Of a DNA stretch of 51,033 nucleotides, positions 17,504 through 25,404 are shown piece by piece. Source of the DNA: Streptosporangiaceae bacterium (GTDB lineage Bacteria; Actinomycetota; Actinomycetes; Streptosporangiales; Streptosporangiaceae). The stretch covers positions 1 through 51,033 of the forward strand of contig DATHQE010000268.1 in assembly GCA_035483035.1 (NCBI GenBank), given 5' to 3'. The stretch's first letter is position 1. Every line of letters starts with the position of its first letter. Below the pieces are notes generated by a model. The model was not told the DNA's origin. It made no database searches and was given only the letters and a program-made list of their open reading frames with translations. The position numbers and the translations under genes were made by a program.

Positions 17504-18334
17504 CTGCAGCAGCGGCCGGGCGAACGTCTCCACGTTGCCGCCGTTGACCTGGCCCGGCCGTCCGACGATGGTCAGCGTCAGCACCACCCGGCCGGCGGCG
17601 TCAAACGCGGGCGCGATCAGGTGGGTCACCGGGTAAGGCGCCTGCTGTCCGTCGGGTGCCCCGCGGACCAGGTCGGCGACAGTAAGCGCGAGTTCAAGGC
17701 GTTCGCTGGCGGAGCTGCGGCCGATCCGCTCGATCAGCTGCTCCACTTGCAGCGCCACCTCCATGCCGCCGCCGATGGAGTAACCGCGGCCCTTGATCGC
17801 GGCTAGCGCGCGCCGGTGCGCCTCGAACTCGGCGGCGTCGGTGGTGCCGCCGACGCGGTCAAGCCAGTCGTCGATCACCGCTGGCGGTGACCAGGCGAAG
17901 TACACCGACCCCAGCGGCGGCCTGGCGGGCACCCGGAGCGCGTCCAGCGACGGGAGGTCAAACTCCCTGCTCTCGCCGCCAGCTCTATCCAGGATGACCA
18001 TTTCCATGCCGACCAGGCGGCAGGCGAAGCAGGCCACGTCCAGCCGCCGGGCTAGGGCGAACATCTCCCGGCGGGCAACATCGATGCCGGGCACCTGCTC
18101 AATGCTGGCCCAGCCGAGGTGAACAAGCTCGGGACCGGGGCGATAGGTCTTGCTCGATTCCTCGCGCACCACCCAGCCCAGCTCGGCCAGGCAGGCCAGC
18201 TGAGCGAAGCAGGTTGCCTTCGACATTCCCGTTGCCACGGCTACTGCTGAGACTGTGAGCGCACGGCCTGGATCTGAGCAGAGCAGCCGGAGTATCTGAT
18301 CGGCCCGCTGGAGCGCGGGAACTGCGGTCGCCAT
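17456..18334 (-). CDS. IclR-family transcriptional regulator
   Basis: 292 aa. N-terminal wHTH ALQRADQILRLLCSDPGRALTVSAVAVATGMSKATCFAQLACLAELGWV followed by an IclR-type effector domain. Confidence 0.9.
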   Translation of the reverse strand: MATAVPALQRADQILRLLCSDPGRALTVSAVAVATGMSKATCFAQLACLAELGWVVREESSKTYRPGPELVHLGWASIEQVPGIDVARREMFALARRLDVACFACRLVGMEMVILDRAGGESREFDLPSLDALRVPARPPLGSVYFAWSPPAVIDDWLDRVGGTTDAAEFEAHRRALAAIKGRGYSIGGGMEVALQVEQLIERIGRSSASERLELALTVADLVRGAPDGQQAPYPVTHLIAPAFDAAGRVVLTLTIVGRPGQVNGGNVETFARPLLQSVDLVTAAIGGRRPA

Positions 18335-18371
18335 CGTCTGCTCCCTCTGTCGATCGGGCGCTGGACCCTTG

Positions 18372-18397
18372 ACGCTATGGCAGACCGCTCATAGCGT
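18372..18397. promoter_or_regulatory. Inverted repeat ACGCTATG-N10-CATAGCGT, candidate IclR operator
   Basis: 8-bp perfect arms in the 108-nt divergent region between the IclR gene (start 18334) and the LLM oxidoreductase (start 18443). Confidence 0.4.
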
Positions 18398-18417
18398 GTT
18401 CTTGATACTGTCCTTCT

Positions 18418-18433
18418 GTTTAGTATACGAAAC
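18418..18433. promoter_or_regulatory. AT-rich near-palindrome GTTTAGTATACGAAAC overlapping a TAGTAT -10-like hexamer
   Basis: 14 of 16 positions are self-complementary. It lies 9 nt upstream of GTG 18443 within the only AT-rich patch of this intergenic region. Confidence 0.4.
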
Positions 18434-18442
18434 GGATGCACT

Positions 18443-19636
18443 GTGCCGTTCAAGGTTGATCTGTTGTTCGAGGTGGAAGTGCCGCGCCCGTGGGATGAGG
18501 GCAAGGAGCGGAACCGATTCCACGAGGCGCTGGAGCAGGCGATATTCGCCGACCAGATGGGCTTCGACACGGTCTGGTTCGTGGAGCACCACTTCTTGGA
18601 GGAGGCGGCGCACTGCTCCGCGCCTGACGCGTTGCTGGGCGCCGTCGCCGCGCGTACCGAGCGCATCCGGATTGGCCTCGGCGTGGCGCTCATGCCCGGC
18701 CGGGTGAACCACCCGATCCGGGTCGCGGAACGAGCCGCGATCCTCGACATCCTCTCCGATGGCCGCCTGGAGATGGGCACTGGCCGGTCGAGCAGCCCCT
18801 ACCAGCTACGGGCCTTTGGCGTGGACGTCGCGAAGACGCGCGAGGAGTGGGCCGAGGCCACGCGGCTGCTGCCGCAGCTGTGGACGAAGGAGAAGTTCAG
18901 CTATCAGGGCGAGTTCTTCTCCTGGACGGACAAGATCACCGTGGTGCCCCGCCCGGTGCAGAAGCCGCATCCGCCCCTCTGGGTCGCCTCGACGCAGCCG
19001 GACACCTGCGCGCTGGCGGGCAGCAAGGGACTGGGCCTGCTGATGCCGCAGCTCGGAGGTCCGGACAGTGCCAGGGAGGGCATCGCGGCCTATAAGGCAG
19101 CCGTCAGCGCCCCGGCTGACCCGATCGGCGCATTCGTCAACGACCAGTGCGCCCTGTTCACCTGTGCCTTCACCAGCGACGACGATGACCGCGCCCGCAC
19201 GCTGGGCGGTCAGGCGGCGCTGTGGTACCTCAAGTGCCTCGGGGCGATCTATGCCAACGATTGGGCCGGACAGCCGCTCGAGGCCGTCCCTGACTCCTAC
19301 CGGTTCCACGCCGAGAGCCGGCGCAAGGGACTGCTCACTGGTGGCACCCTTCAGACGGGGATGAAGAGCGGCGACATGACGGACCCGCGAGCCTACGAGA
19401 AGATGATCGACTCCGGCGCATTCTGCGTCGGCGACCCGAAGCACGTCGTGGCCAACCTGGAACGGTACCGCCAGGCTGGCGCTGACCGGATCGTCTGCGT
19501 CATGCAGCTGGCCGAGCTCCGTCACGACGACCTGATGCGCTCGATCGAGCTCTTCGGCCGCGAGGTCATCCCGGCAATTCGGGCCAACGAGGCCGCCGAG
19601 TCGGCCGCATCGGGCCATGCAGTCGCATCGGGCTGA
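18443..19636 (+). CDS. LLM-class (luciferase-like) flavin-dependent oxidoreductase/monooxygenase
   Basis: 397 aa. FDTVWFVEHHF, LGVALMPGRVNHPIRVAERAAILDILSDGRLEMGTGR and the PHPPLW pattern are typical of bacterial luciferase-like monooxygenases. Confidence 0.9.
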   Translation: MPFKVDLLFEVEVPRPWDEGKERNRFHEALEQAIFADQMGFDTVWFVEHHFLEEAAHCSAPDALLGAVAARTERIRIGLGVALMPGRVNHPIRVAERAAILDILSDGRLEMGTGRSSSPYQLRAFGVDVAKTREEWAEATRLLPQLWTKEKFSYQGEFFSWTDKITVVPRPVQKPHPPLWVASTQPDTCALAGSKGLGLLMPQLGGPDSAREGIAAYKAAVSAPADPIGAFVNDQCALFTCAFTSDDDDRARTLGGQAALWYLKCLGAIYANDWAGQPLEAVPDSYRFHAESRRKGLLTGGTLQTGMKSGDMTDPRAYEKMIDSGAFCVGDPKHVVANLERYRQAGADRIVCVMQLAELRHDDLMRSIELFGREVIPAIRANEAAESAASGHAVASG

Positions 19637-19662
19637 GGAATGGCACGAGGATGCTGCACCCG

Positions 19663-19676
19663 AACGAGCGCTTGCT
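19663..19676. promoter_or_regulatory. KstR2-type operator box 6: AACGAGCGCTTGCT (one mismatch)
   Basis: 65 nt upstream of the SDR start at 19741 and immediately followed by TTGACA. Confidence 0.6.
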
Positions 19677-19740
19677 TGACAAGGAAACACATCGCACGAT
19701 TCGATCGACGCGACCTGCACCGTGTCGCTGAGGAGCATTG

Positions 19741-20553
19741 ATGGCCGAGCCGTTGTCGTGGCCCATGAGCATAGATCTGTCCGGACGGGTGGCGGTGGTC
19801 ACCGGCGCCAGCGAGGGCATCGGCGCGGCAACTGTCGAGGCTCTGGCCGCGCACGGTGCCGACGTCGCCTTCTGTGCCCGCGGCGAGGAGGGGGCAGCGC
19901 AGCTGGCGAGTGAGCTTGCTTCGCTGCCCGGCAAGGTCCGGTCCTACGTCGCTGACATGGGCGATTCCGGCTCTGTCGAGCGCTTCCTTGACGGGGTCAC
20001 CGCAGATCTCGGTCATGTCGACATCCTGGTCAACAACGTCGGCAGCTCGCCGTCGCGGAACTTCCTGCACATGAGCGACGAGGACTGGACTGGGCTGTTC
20101 GAGCTCAACCTCATGTCGGCCGTCCGCTGCACCCGCCGGCTGCTGCCTGCCATGCGCCAGCAGAAATGGGGCCGCGTCGTCATGGTGGCCACCGCCGGGG
20201 CCAAGTACCCGAACCCCGCGCTTATCGATTACGCGGCGTCGAAAGCCGCCCTGATTGCCACCGCCAGCGCCCTGTCGAAGAAGTACGGTCCGGACGGGGT
20301 CCTGGTCAATTCGGTGCTGCCCGGCCTGATCCGCACGCCGATGTGGGAGCGCACGGCTGCCGAGGTCGCCGCAGCCACGAACAGTGATCCGGAGTCGGTG
20401 TTCGCGGCCCGCTCTGCGAGCGTGCCGCTGAAGCGGTATGGGACCGCCGACGAGGTAGCCGCGCTGATCCTCTTTCTGGTCTCGCCATACGGCCGGTACC
20501 TCAACGGCGCCGCGGTGGACATCGACGGCGGCTTCGGCACCTACATGTACTGA
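19741..20553 (+). CDS. Classical SDR
   Basis: The ORF track starts at TTG 19738. ATG 19741 is preferred because GAGGAG lies at 19730-19735. TGASEGIGAAT, NNVG and YAASKAAL are present. Confidence 0.9.
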   Translation: MAEPLSWPMSIDLSGRVAVVTGASEGIGAATVEALAAHGADVAFCARGEEGAAQLASELASLPGKVRSYVADMGDSGSVERFLDGVTADLGHVDILVNNVGSSPSRNFLHMSDEDWTGLFELNLMSAVRCTRRLLPAMRQQKWGRVVMVATAGAKYPNPALIDYAASKAALIATASALSKKYGPDGVLVNSVLPGLIRTPMWERTAAEVAAATNSDPESVFAARSASVPLKRYGTADEVAALILFLVSPYGRYLNGAAVDIDGGFGTYMY

Positions 20554-20586
20554 CCCAGGTCCACTAGTTCGGATACTCGCGTCGGC

Positions 20587-21477
20587 TCACTCGACGAAGG
20601 TCGCGACCGCCGTCGTGATGGTCGCCCGGTCGCTGTCCCGCACGCACGCCAGCTCAGCGTGCAGCACCCCGCCGGCGTGCCGGACGGTCGATCTCAGCTC
20701 GCAGCGCAGTCGGTCGCCTAGCCATGATGGCGACAGGAACCGGAGGTCCAGTGACCGGATCCGCTCCGCCCCGTACAGCTCGGTAGCCAGATCGCAGAGC
20801 ACGGCGGCTGGGTACAGCCCAGGCACCAGGACGGCCGGCCAGCCTGCTCTCATGGCGGCCGCGGGGTCGTGGTGCACGGGATTGAAGTCACCGCTGGCGC
20901 CCTGATAGCGCACGATCTCGGTCTGCGTGATCGGGCCGAGCCTGCGGGCCGCCTGCGACCGGCTCGCCGTCGCAAGCCGGCTGGCGACGTGCGCCTTGTC
21001 GGATAGCTGGGTCAAGGGCCGGGCAGCAGGCGCTGCGTCCCGGTTGGGCAACGGCTGGACCGAAGTCGTGCATGCGGTCGCTACCAGAATGCCGCTGCCT
21101 GTCCGAAACTCGGTATCAAGCCGGACCTCGGCTGCAGTGCCCAGGCTGCGCGACGGGCGGGTCCGCACGTCCGTCACGGCGGTTCGGACGAAGAGCGCGG
21201 TTCCGGCTGGTGGTGCTCCGCCGGTGAACCTGAACTCCTGGCGCGCGTGCAGCGGCGGAGTTCGCACGTCCCAGCCGACGCGGCGGACGGCCGATCCCTC
21301 GGCGGGCTCCCAGAGGAACTGCGCCACCTTGAGCAGGACCGGCATAGCGATCGGATCGGGGCCCAGGTAGGCCGGCTGCCCGGAGCCCACCGCCCGGGCC
21401 AGCTCGCGGATCTTGCCGGCCTCGACAACGAAGCCAAATTCTGGGCCGTGATACCCGAGCGCCGACGCGTCGACCAT
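20587..21477 (-). CDS. Double hotdog MaoC-like (R)-specific enoyl-CoA hydratase (fused N- and C-terminal MaoC domains)
   Basis: ORF 20587-21591, with ATG 21477 (MVDASALGY) preferred. The N half (FGFVVEAGKIRELARAVG) resembles MaoC N-terminal/FAS1-like dehydratase domains. The C half has RYQGASGDFNPVHHDPAAA. Confidence 0.8.
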   Translation of the reverse strand: MVDASALGYHGPEFGFVVEAGKIRELARAVGSGQPAYLGPDPIAMPVLLKVAQFLWEPAEGSAVRRVGWDVRTPPLHARQEFRFTGGAPPAGTALFVRTAVTDVRTRPSRSLGTAAEVRLDTEFRTGSGILVATACTTSVQPLPNRDAAPAARPLTQLSDKAHVASRLATASRSQAARRLGPITQTEIVRYQGASGDFNPVHHDPAAAMRAGWPAVLVPGLYPAAVLCDLATELYGAERIRSLDLRFLSPSWLGDRLRCELRSTVRHAGGVLHAELACVRDSDRATITTAVATFVE

Positions 21478-21505
21478 CCCGGCTTCCGTCCGCCGCGTGC
21501 GCTCG

Positions 21506-22357
21506 TCAGGGCGCGATAGGGCGGTTGGTCCAGTTCCGCCCAGGGCGCGAGGAGGAGCGGAACCACCCGCCAGCCGCCCCGGTGCCGCCATCGGTCGGGA
21601 TGGTGTGACCGGTGACGAAGCCCGACATGTCGCTGGCGAGGAACAAGATGACCCGAGCCTGGTCTTCGGGCACTCCCATGCGCCCGGCCGGCACCCACAG
21701 CGGCCACATCGCGTGCTGATCAGGCGTCAGCCACTGCGAGTACGGCACCTGGAGCGACTCGGTAACATCCGGCCCGACGCCGTTGACGCGAACGCCCTGG
21801 TGGCCGACTTGGACAGCCAGGCTGCGGGTGAAGTGGACAACGGCAGCCTTGAACGCCGCGTACACCGGGTCCTCCGGGTAGCCTCGCAGGCCCTCTACCG
21901 ACGAGACGTTGACGATCGCGCCGGATCCGCGAGCGGTCATCGAGGGCAGGAACGCGTGGCAGGCGAGGAACACATGGAACAGGTTGACCTTGTACAGCTC
22001 GTCCCAATGTGCCAGGTCGCCGTCGGCGAAGGCGCCCACCTGCCGGACCCAGTGCCCGACATTGTTGACCAGCACGTCGACGTGACCGTGCTGGCTGAGC
22101 GCGGTACGGGCCAGGGCATGCACCTGATCTGGCACGCGCACGTCCGTGATCACCGACGTGGCCGCGCCCCCTAGGGCGGTGATCTCGTTGGTGGTGCGGG
22201 CGGCCAGCTCAGGGTCGATGTCGGCGATGACCACCTGGGCGCCGTGAGCAGCGAAGAGGCGGGCCGTAGCCGCGCCGATGCCGCCGCCACCGCCTGTGAC
22301 GACCGCTACCTTTCCCGCAAGCAGCGTCCCGGAATCGCCGGGCTGTGGCGTAGTCAC
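21506..22357 (-). CDS. Classical SDR
   Basis: GTG start in a GTGA overlap with the upstream stop. TGGGGGIGAAT, NNVG and YAAFKAAV are present. Confidence 0.9.
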   Translation of the reverse strand: MTTPQPGDSGTLLAGKVAVVTGGGGGIGAATARLFAAHGAQVVIADIDPELAARTTNEITALGGAATSVITDVRVPDQVHALARTALSQHGHVDVLVNNVGHWVRQVGAFADGDLAHWDELYKVNLFHVFLACHAFLPSMTARGSGAIVNVSSVEGLRGYPEDPVYAAFKAAVVHFTRSLAVQVGHQGVRVNGVGPDVTESLQVPYSQWLTPDQHAMWPLWVPAGRMGVPEDQARVILFLASDMSGFVTGHTIPTDGGTGAAGGWFRSSSRPGRNWTNRPIAP

Positions 22358-23334
22358 GCTGATTCCCCTCTGGTGAGCGCAGTACCGACGGCGTCCGTCC
22401 GGCCTGCCGCCGCCCGGAACGCCGCCACGATCTCCGGCAGCACGTCGGACGCCGTGAGGTGATCGTCCGGCAGCGAGATGCGGCTGCGGAAGTCAGTGAC
22501 GCCTGCCGCAGCCAGCTCCGGCACGGCGGCCATTGTCGCGGGCAGGTCAAGCGCGCCGTCGCCGGCTCGGACGGCGCGCAGGCTCCCGACCACTTGCAGG
22601 CCAGCGGGATCGCGTCCGGCATCGGCGAGCGCGTCTTTCATCGCGACGACCGCAGCCGCAACGTCGCGGGCGGCGTCGCCCCACGGAATCCAGCCGACAC
22701 CGAACCGGGCAAGCCTGCGCACGACCCGCGGGTTCACCGTGCCTGACACCCAGATTGGTACCCCGTGCGGCCGCACCGGCTTCGGCATCATGTGGATGGC
22801 CTCGAAGCTCAGGTAGGGCGAGGAATACTCGGCGCGCTGCTGGCTCCATAGCGTCTGGCAGACGGCCAGGGTGTCGTCCAGCAGGGCGCCGCGATCGTCG
22901 AAGTCAAGTCCGGCGGCCAGGTACTCCTCGCGCTGCCAGCCGACGCCAACGCCAAGGTCGAGGCGGCCGCCAGACAGCACGTCCAGCGTCGCCGCCGACT
23001 TCGCCAGCACGGCCGGCCGACGCAGTGCGGCGATCATGATGTTGGTGCCCAGGCGAATGTGCCTGGTCGCCCCCGCCACCACGGCGAGAGTGGTCAGCGG
23101 CTCCAGCCAGTGCCCGTCGGGACCGGTCGGCTGCACACCGCCGGCCTGGCCGCCGATCTCAGGACGGCCATATTCCTCCAGGCGCTCGCCGAACACGACG
23201 TGGTCGGACACCACCAGCCGATCGACGCCGGCCGCATCGAGCAATCGGGCGCGGTCCAGGACGAAGTCCCAGCTGCCGGGGTCAGCTGCGCTGTAGCACG
23301 GCAGCGGCATGGACAGCTGAGGGAAGGCTGCCAT
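22354..23334 (-). CDS. LLM-class oxidoreductase, probably F420-dependent subgroup
   Basis: 326 aa. AGVDRLVVSDHVVF, IRLGTNIMIAALRRPAVLAKSAATLDVLSGGRLDLGVGVGW and PHGVPIWVSG are typical of LLM/F420 family members. Cofactor assignment is tentative. Confidence 0.8.
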   Translation of the reverse strand: MAAFPQLSMPLPCYSAADPGSWDFVLDRARLLDAAGVDRLVVSDHVVFGERLEEYGRPEIGGQAGGVQPTGPDGHWLEPLTTLAVVAGATRHIRLGTNIMIAALRRPAVLAKSAATLDVLSGGRLDLGVGVGWQREEYLAAGLDFDDRGALLDDTLAVCQTLWSQQRAEYSSPYLSFEAIHMMPKPVRPHGVPIWVSGTVNPRVVRRLARFGVGWIPWGDAARDVAAAVVAMKDALADAGRDPAGLQVVGSLRAVRAGDGALDLPATMAAVPELAAAGVTDFRSRISLPDDHLTASDVLPEIVAAFRAAAGRTDAVGTALTRGESA

Positions 23335-24528
23335 TCAGGTGCGGTCGAGGCTCAGCATGCGGATCGCGTTGCCGCGAAGGATCTTGTACTTCTCCTCATC
23401 GGAAAGGCCGTCCAGGTGCTCCTCTGCGATCTTCTTAGTGTCCGGCCAGGTTGAGTCCGTGTGCGGGTAGTCCGTCTCGAACGTGATGGTGTCGATGCCG
23501 ATGGAGTCCCGTGCCTGCACCCCGTGGCGATCACGGAAGAAGCAGCCGAAGATGTTGCGTCCGTAGTAGGTGGACGGCGGTTCTGGTACCAGGTCCTTGG
23601 CGCCGATCCAGGCGCGATGCTCCTGCCACACCGTGTCGGCCCGCTCGAGCAGGTAGGGCAGCCAGCCGATCTGACCCTCGGAGTAGGCGAGCTTCAGCGC
23701 GGGGAACTGCACCAGCTTGCCGGAGAACAGCCAGTCGGCCATGGATGCCATGGCGTTGTTGAACGACAGCGTGGCCGCGACGCCGTCCGGCGCATCGGCT
23801 GATGTCGCGGGCATCCGAGACGACGAGCCGATGTGCATGTTGATCGTCGTGGCGGTCTCCGCGCAGGCGGCGAAGAACGGGTCCCAGAATCCGCTGTGGA
23901 TGCTCGGCAGCCCGAGGTGCGGCGGAATCTCACTGAAGCACACGGCGTGCACGCCACGCGCGGCGTTGCGGCGGACCTCCTGAGCGGCCAGCTCAGCGTC
24001 CCAGAGCGGCACGATGATTAGCGGTATCAGTACGCCGCCGCTATCTCCGCACCACTCGTCCACCATGAAGTCGTTGTAGGCCTTGATGCAGGCCAGCCCG
24101 AGGTCGTGGTCTTTGACCTCGGTGAAGGTCTGACCGCAAAACCGCGGGAACGTCGGGAAGCAGAGCGAACCGTCCACCCAGTTCAGCACCATGTCGTCGA
24201 CCCGCGCCTTGGGGTCATAACACCCCGGACGCATCTCGTCGTACGTCATCGGCGTCATCGTCATCTCGTCCCGGCTGTAGCCGACCGCGGCGACGTGGCG
24301 CTTGTGGATGTAGACCAGGTCCTCGAAAACCCAGCAGTCAGCCGGCTGCCCGGCGGGGTCGAACGTCTGCTGATAGGTGCCGCCACCGACGTGCTTGATC
24401 TCACCGATGCCGCGCCGCTCGATCCGCGGGCCACGGTCCCGGTACCTGGCGGGCAGCCAGTTGAGCCACGTGTGCGGTGGCTCCACCACGTGATCGTCCA
24501 CGCTGATGATCTTCGGCAGCTCGGTCAT
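23335..24528 (-). CDS. Amidohydrolase_2 (PF04909) family protein, long form
   Basis: 397 aa. N-terminal ISVDDHVVEPPHTW metal motif and C-terminal FETDYPHTDSTWP. GAGGAA precedes the ATG. Its stop directly abuts the next gene start (23334/23335). Confidence 0.85.
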   Translation of the reverse strand: MTELPKIISVDDHVVEPPHTWLNWLPARYRDRGPRIERRGIGEIKHVGGGTYQQTFDPAGQPADCWVFEDLVYIHKRHVAAVGYSRDEMTMTPMTYDEMRPGCYDPKARVDDMVLNWVDGSLCFPTFPRFCGQTFTEVKDHDLGLACIKAYNDFMVDEWCGDSGGVLIPLIIVPLWDAELAAQEVRRNAARGVHAVCFSEIPPHLGLPSIHSGFWDPFFAACAETATTINMHIGSSSRMPATSADAPDGVAATLSFNNAMASMADWLFSGKLVQFPALKLAYSEGQIGWLPYLLERADTVWQEHRAWIGAKDLVPEPPSTYYGRNIFGCFFRDRHGVQARDSIGIDTITFETDYPHTDSTWPDTKKIAEEHLDGLSDEEKYKILRGNAIRMLSLDRT

Positions 24529-24551
24529 GCGGGTTCCTCGGGTTTCGTCGC

Positions 24552-24594
24552 TTCTGATGCTCCGTCAGAAACCGATTCTGACAGTCCGTCAGAT
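24552..24594. promoter_or_regulatory. Two tandem palindromic operators, TTCTGA-N7-TCAGAA and TTCTGA-N7-TCAGAT, 24 nt apart
   Basis: 24552-24570 is TTCTGAtgctccgTCAGAA and 24576-24594 is TTCTGAcagtccgTCAGAT. They lie 24-66 nt upstream of the amidohydrolase ATG (24528, minus strand) and upstream of the divergent TetR gene. Confidence 0.6.
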
Positions 24595-24654
24595 AGCTGT
24601 CGAGACCTGAAGCGTGGCGGAGACGAGGAAAACGCCGCAATCAGGGGTCGCCAT

Positions 24655-24673
24655 ATCTGACGGGCCGTCAAGT
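24655..24673. promoter_or_regulatory. Third, imperfect copy of the TCTGA-N7-TCAGA operator (ATCTGAcgggccgTCAAGT)
   Basis: Shares the TCTGA arm, 7-nt spacer and CCGTCA. It lies 12 nt upstream of the TetR ATG (24685) and overlaps a TACGCT -10-like hexamer (24673-24678). Confidence 0.45.
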
Positions 24674-24684
24674 ACGCTTGCTCA

Positions 24685-25404
24685 ATGGTGCGGAAGCTGG
24701 ATGACATGAGCCTGGCAGAGAGCGCACAGGCCGCTGTCGGGCCGCGTGAAGTGCGAGCAGCCAGTGGCCGCTTGGCGGGAACGCGCGCGCTCGCGACGCG
24801 AGCCCGGCTGCTGGACTGCACCAGGCAGCTACTGGCCGGGCGTTCCTATCGCGACCTGACCGCGATCGAAATCGCCCGCGAGTGCGGTACGAGCCCGGCG
24901 ACCTTCTACCAGTACTTCCCGGACGTCGAGTCCGCCGTGCTGACCGTCGCGGCAGAGCTGGCTGGTCACCGCGGCGAGCTGAGCGAGATCGTCCGCAGTG
25001 CGAACTGGCGCGACCGGACCGCGGCCGAGACGGCTGCTCGAGACCTGGCCAGGGCTTTCATGGACTTCTGGGGCCGGCACCGCTCGGTGCTGCGAGTGAT
25101 AGACCTGAGCTCCGCCGAGGGGGACATGCGCTTCCGCACGCTGCGCACGGAGCTACTCAACGATGTCACCAACGCGCTGGCAGAGGCGATCGCGGATGTC
25201 CGCGACCCGCGCCGGCCCGGTCATCTTGGGCCTGGCACCGATCCGATGGCGGTTGCCGCCGTGCTCGTCTCGATGCTGGCGCACGTGGCGTCCCATCGCG
25301 AAGGGCTCGAAACCTGGGGCATAGCCTCCGCCGACACCGAGGCGGTGATGGCGGACATCGTGTGCGAGGCGGTGGCCGGGCGTCCGTCGCGCCGGGGCAG
25401 CTAG
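24685..25404 (+). CDS. TetR-family transcriptional regulator
   Basis: 239 aa. HTH region TRARLLDCTRQLLAGRSYRDLTAIEIARECGTSPATFYQYFPDVESAV. The stop TAG (25402-25404) shares CTAG with the convergent gene. Confidence 0.9.
   Translation: MVRKLDDMSLAESAQAAVGPREVRAASGRLAGTRALATRARLLDCTRQLLAGRSYRDLTAIEIARECGTSPATFYQYFPDVESAVLTVAAELAGHRGELSEIVRSANWRDRTAAETAARDLARAFMDFWGRHRSVLRVIDLSSAEGDMRFRTLRTELLNDVTNALAEAIADVRDPRRPGHLGPGTDPMAVAAVLVSMLAHVASHREGLETWGIASADTEAVMADIVCEAVAGRPSRRGS

Noticed and set aside
24669-24682. Possible KstR2 box CAAGTACGCTTGCT just upstream of the TetR gene.
   Set aside because: Only the right half-site is intact, and CAAG and CTTG are 4 rather than 2 nt apart. I did not count it as a box, although its overlap with the third TCTGA-type site is noted in a finding.
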